From Anaerohalosphaeraceae bacterium (GTDB lineage Bacteria > Planctomycetota > Phycisphaerae > Sedimentisphaerales > Anaerohalosphaeraceae), in NCBI GenBank assembly GCA_963675525.2, contig CAXXSL010000016.1, positions 96,001-160,000 on the forward strand: a stretch of 64,000 nt of DNA, written 5' to 3'. The notes beneath the pieces were generated by a model. It was given only the letters and a program-made list of their open reading frames with translations. It was not told where the DNA came from and searched no databases. Every line of letters begins with the position of its first letter. The first letter of the stretch is position 1. A program made the translations under genes and the position numbers. This document shows positions 60,774-64,000 of the stretch, in pieces.

Positions 60774-62151
60774 ATGACGTTACATGGGAAATCCCGGTTC
60801 CTATCCGTTCATTTTATGAAAATGTTAGGAACATTTGTCTTTCTATTTGTCATGTTGGCAAGTGGGTGTAATGTAAAAGCACAAAACGATACGAGACATC
60901 GTGTCATTGTTTCTTCTGATATCGGAGGAACTGATTTTGACGATTTTCAATCCATGGTGCACGTGTTGTTGTATGCAGATACACTTTCTATCGAAGGCTT
61001 GATCTCTTCTCCTTACGGCCCAGGTCGGACGTCTGATATTATCTCTGTTATCGATTATTACGAGATAGACTTTCCAAAACTTAAGTCGCATTCCAGTTTA
61101 TACCCTCCTCCCGACTCCTTGAGGGCGATCACCAAGCAAGGGTCCTTTGACAACCCTGGTCCCGTCGGAATCAGCTCTCCAACAGAAGGGTCTGAATGGA
61201 TCGTGAAATGTGCGCGACGTCCGGATCCACGCCCTCTTTACATCCTTGTTTGGGGAGGGATAGAGGACTTGGCTCAGGCATTACACGACGCCCCTGACAT
61301 TGTTTCCAGGATTCGTGTTTATTATATCGGCGGCCCCAACAAAAAATGGTCTCCAGATGCCTTTCAGTACATCGTTACTCACCATAAAGACCTTTGGATC
61401 ATTGAGGCGAATTCTACTTACCGAGGATGGTGGTTTGTTGGGGGGAAATCAATCAGGAGAATGGGGGAACGCCGCCTTTGTGACTAAGCACATTGCACCT
61501 CATGGGGCATTAGGAGCTTATTTCGCGAAAATTGCCTCAACCATCAAGATGGGGGACAGCCCATCGGTAGGATGGTTATTGAGAGGAGATCCGGAAGACC
61601 CAACCTCTGCGGGATGGGGAGGACAATTTGTTAAAGCCTGGGCAAGACCCCATGTGGTATTTGATCGATTAACAACCCAAAGTGATAACATGGAACAGTT
61701 CGGGATATTGGACTTGAGACTTTCCTTTGATCCATCAACGGCAAACTCACCCACTGCCACAATGGCCATTGGCAACCAAAAAATAAAAGGCTATCTCTTA
61801 GCTCCCGATACCATGCAGTTTTTATTCTGTCCCAAAAACGCAACAAAAAACTCCTACACCATCACAAGTAATGTGCCCGCGCTTAATGGAAAGAAAGGAG
61901 CGATCACTTCGTACCTTCCTCCGGCGTCAAACAAAAACAACCCTGCACCTGATCTGCCAAATTGGTGGACAGACGATCCTTCTACAAATCTAATTGAAAG
62001 TGGACACTTGGGTGTAAAAACGCTGAACCCATATCGAGAGGATTTCCTGGGTGATTTTGCTAAACGTCTGCAACGTTTGGATGGAGTCGTGCCTGACTCT
62101 AAATCAATTCTGCCTATGCCGTCAAAATATACTCTTACTATTGAGAGATAG
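60774..62151 (+). pseudogene. DUF1593/nucleoside-hydrolase-like secreted protein split by a frameshift near 61430-61450 (may be a sequencing error)
   Basis: [31 protein letters not shown]; continues in the other frame as [23 protein letters not shown]. Confidence 0.75.
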
Positions 62152-62167
62152 TTAGGAAGGATGAGCT

Positions 62168-63582
62168 ATGGAGCAAATACCAAGTAAAAAGAAGATGAGT
62201 AAATTAGCAATAGCGTCTTTGTTTTTTATTATTATTGGTTATTTAGCCATCTCTGTTTGTCGCGAAGCAAGGTCGGTTTTGTTAATGGAAGGATATGATC
62301 CGACGAAATTTCAGACGTATCTTGTTTCGATTATACCTTGGTTTATTGCACTGCTTTTATCATTGCTGGCTTTGATTTTGATAAAATACAAATCAGCAAA
62401 TCGCAAAAGCAATTTTTTGCCTTTCTTTTGCTTTATTGTAAGCATGACCTCTATAATTATTTTTGCCATACCAATCCCTCAAGCTGAAAATTCAGTTGTA
62501 GTCGATAGGCATAAAACATTTGATGGAGATTCATCCGAGTTAGAAAACACGATTATTATACCAACTCTTGATAGTTCAATTCATAACAAGAATAATATTA
62601 TTTGGTGTTCGTCTTTTCAGATTGCTTGGGATGAATTAAAAGATAATGTCATTGAAGAACCAATCTTGTTATCAAGCAATCAAGACGTTGCTAACCTTTT
62701 AAACGATGCTAAACCGTCAAAGCAGGATGTTACAGATAACGAATATTATGCTCGTTCAGGATTTGTTCAAAATAATATCATCGAAAACATTCAACGAGAA
62801 ATGAAAATAAAATTTCCCGGAGAACCTGTTCCTTCTTTTAATGATATAACATCGAACACATCAATAATTTCATATTCTTTTTTGTCGGCAAATGTAAGGT
62901 TTAAGATGCCTTATTTTGAGAATGACAAAGAATTGATTTTTACAGACAGCAATGGAAACAAAACGTCAATTACTTCATTCGGACTTCGTGAAAAGGATGA
63001 TTATGCTTTTTTTAAGTTAAGACGACAGATGTATATTCTTTTTAGTAAATATAATTCAAAGCATGAGTTAACGGAGTGTGCAATAGATTATGTAAAGGTT
63101 CTTCACCCAACCAGATTATACTTGCAATGGTGGAACCAAAACAGACATTATTGGGAACATTATCTTATATTGACGAACAACATAAGAAAGCACCGAAGGA
63201 TAAATACTTCCATGAATTCGGTCCAAATGATGTATTACTAGTTCCAAACTTATTTTGGAAAATAACTCACTCATTTGATGAATTAGAAGGAAATATATTA
63301 CAAAACAATAAATACAAGGGGATGCCAATTGAAAAAGCAATGCAAGTAATAGAGTTTCGGTTGGATAGAAGTGGTGCAGAACTCAAATCGGAGTCTAAGT
63401 TATTTGTAGAACCAGTACCCACACATTATGTTTTTAACCGTCCATTTCTTATTTACATGAAAAAACGTGGTGCAAAGTATCCCTTCTTTGCAATGTGGGT
63501 TGATAATGCTAATCTGTTAGAGAAGTATAAAGGCTCCGATGAAATTCCAACTGCTAAACTTCCGGAAAAAATTCATAAATAA
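62168..63582 (+). pseudogene. Membrane-anchored serpin-like protein split by a 1-nt frameshift near 63088 (may be a sequencing error)
   Basis: Three N-terminal TMs; NIIWCSSFQIAW; C-terminal IEFRLDRSGAELKSE..YVFNRPFLIYM serpin-like signature. Confidence 0.65.
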
Positions 63583-63602
63583 GGCTTATGCGCATAAAAA
63601 AA

Positions 63603-63678
63603 CGGAGAAGCGGGGATTCGAACCCCCTCCTACACAACCTTTCCAAGGTTGCTCGATCAGCCGCCCCGACACCTCTCG
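63603..63678 (-). tRNA. Degenerate (pseudo) tRNA-Ser(GGA) lacking the long variable arm
   Basis: GAGAGGTGTC..GGCTGA D-arm, CAACC-TT-GGA-AA-GGTTG anticodon arm, GGTTCGAATCC; C1xC72 mismatch and short variable region. Confidence 0.65.
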
Positions 63679-63719
63679 ATCGCTTGTTGCTTGACCAGAC
63701 TTAGAAAAAACAGCAGCGG

Positions 63720-63998
63720 TTATAACGCGATGGCGTCGACTTCCAATTCGAACAACAGGTCGTCCCGGCAGATATCCGCATGCACTTTGATGTGGGGAAT
63801 CGAAACATCGTTCTTTTGGCACCAATTGTCAAACAGGCCAAATTCGCCGGCGTCTTTGAAGTACATGATCCCGCGAGCAACGTTTTGCCAGTCCATGTCT
63901 GCATTGTTCAGCAGCGCCTTCGTGACCTGCATGGTTTTTTCGATCTGTCCGGCGGTGTCATCGAGAAAAACGGTGCGGCCCTGCGGGTCGATGCTGGC
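63720..63998 (-). CDS. RidA/YjgF-fold (Hyg5/FkbO-like) protein, 5'-truncated by window edge
   Basis: ASIDPQGRTV and ADICRDDLLFELE motifs. Confidence 0.75.
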   Translation of the reverse strand, partial: ASIDPQGRTVFLDDTAGQIEKTMQVTKALLNNADMDWQNVARGIMYFKDAGEFGLFDNWCQKNDVSIPHIKVHADICRDDLLFELEVDAIAL

Positions 63999-64000
63999 GG

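Noticed and set aside
60680..62160. Possible integron attC sites around the AT-rich genes (e.g. GTTAGGA at 62151)
   Set aside because: No matching inverse core or paired L-boxes found, and no integrase

Overview
64 kb of a bacterial chromosome, most likely a Planctomycetota/Phycisphaerae member (Sedimentisphaerales-like), judged from the 16S rRNA sequence, its stand-alone layout and the protein repertoire. Core content: (1) a truncated cell-wall/division locus, mreD-pbp2 converging on mraZ-orf69-rsmH-LysM-ftsL-like-ftsI; (2) a metal/lipid export cluster (ArsR, MMPL, LolA-like, OM barrel, TolC, CusB, YHS lipoprotein, CusA); (3) a MacAB-TolC-like ABC exporter, ribD, uvrC, a CHASE kinase, a THUMP methyltransferase and a TetR-controlled RND pump; (4) gloB, hemerythrin, tRNA-Gln, dusB, two divergent DUF4954-like paralogs plus an SIS protein; (5) GH27, fbaB, an SGNH esterase, GH26, an unlinked 16S rRNA gene, yjbQ and pilT. 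Accessory signals: a 1.4-kb two-gene islet (nucleotidyltransferase plus C-terminal-wHTH partner, with a perfect promoter, a 9-5-9 operator and a leaderless start) bracketed by a duplicated uvrC 3' end, which is the best candidate for an uncharacterised type IV TA/defence-like module; a 1.9-kb relic island at tRNA-Gln carrying a decayed IS5, a 28-aa hydrophobic peptide gene and structured RNA candidates; a ~200-nt promoter-to-terminator ncRNA candidate; a REP doublet read in frame inside a signal peptide; and a degenerate tRNA-Ser next to AT-rich genes. Frameshifts at 60.5-63.1 kb look like sequencing errors. All family calls are by eye from motifs; no database search was run.
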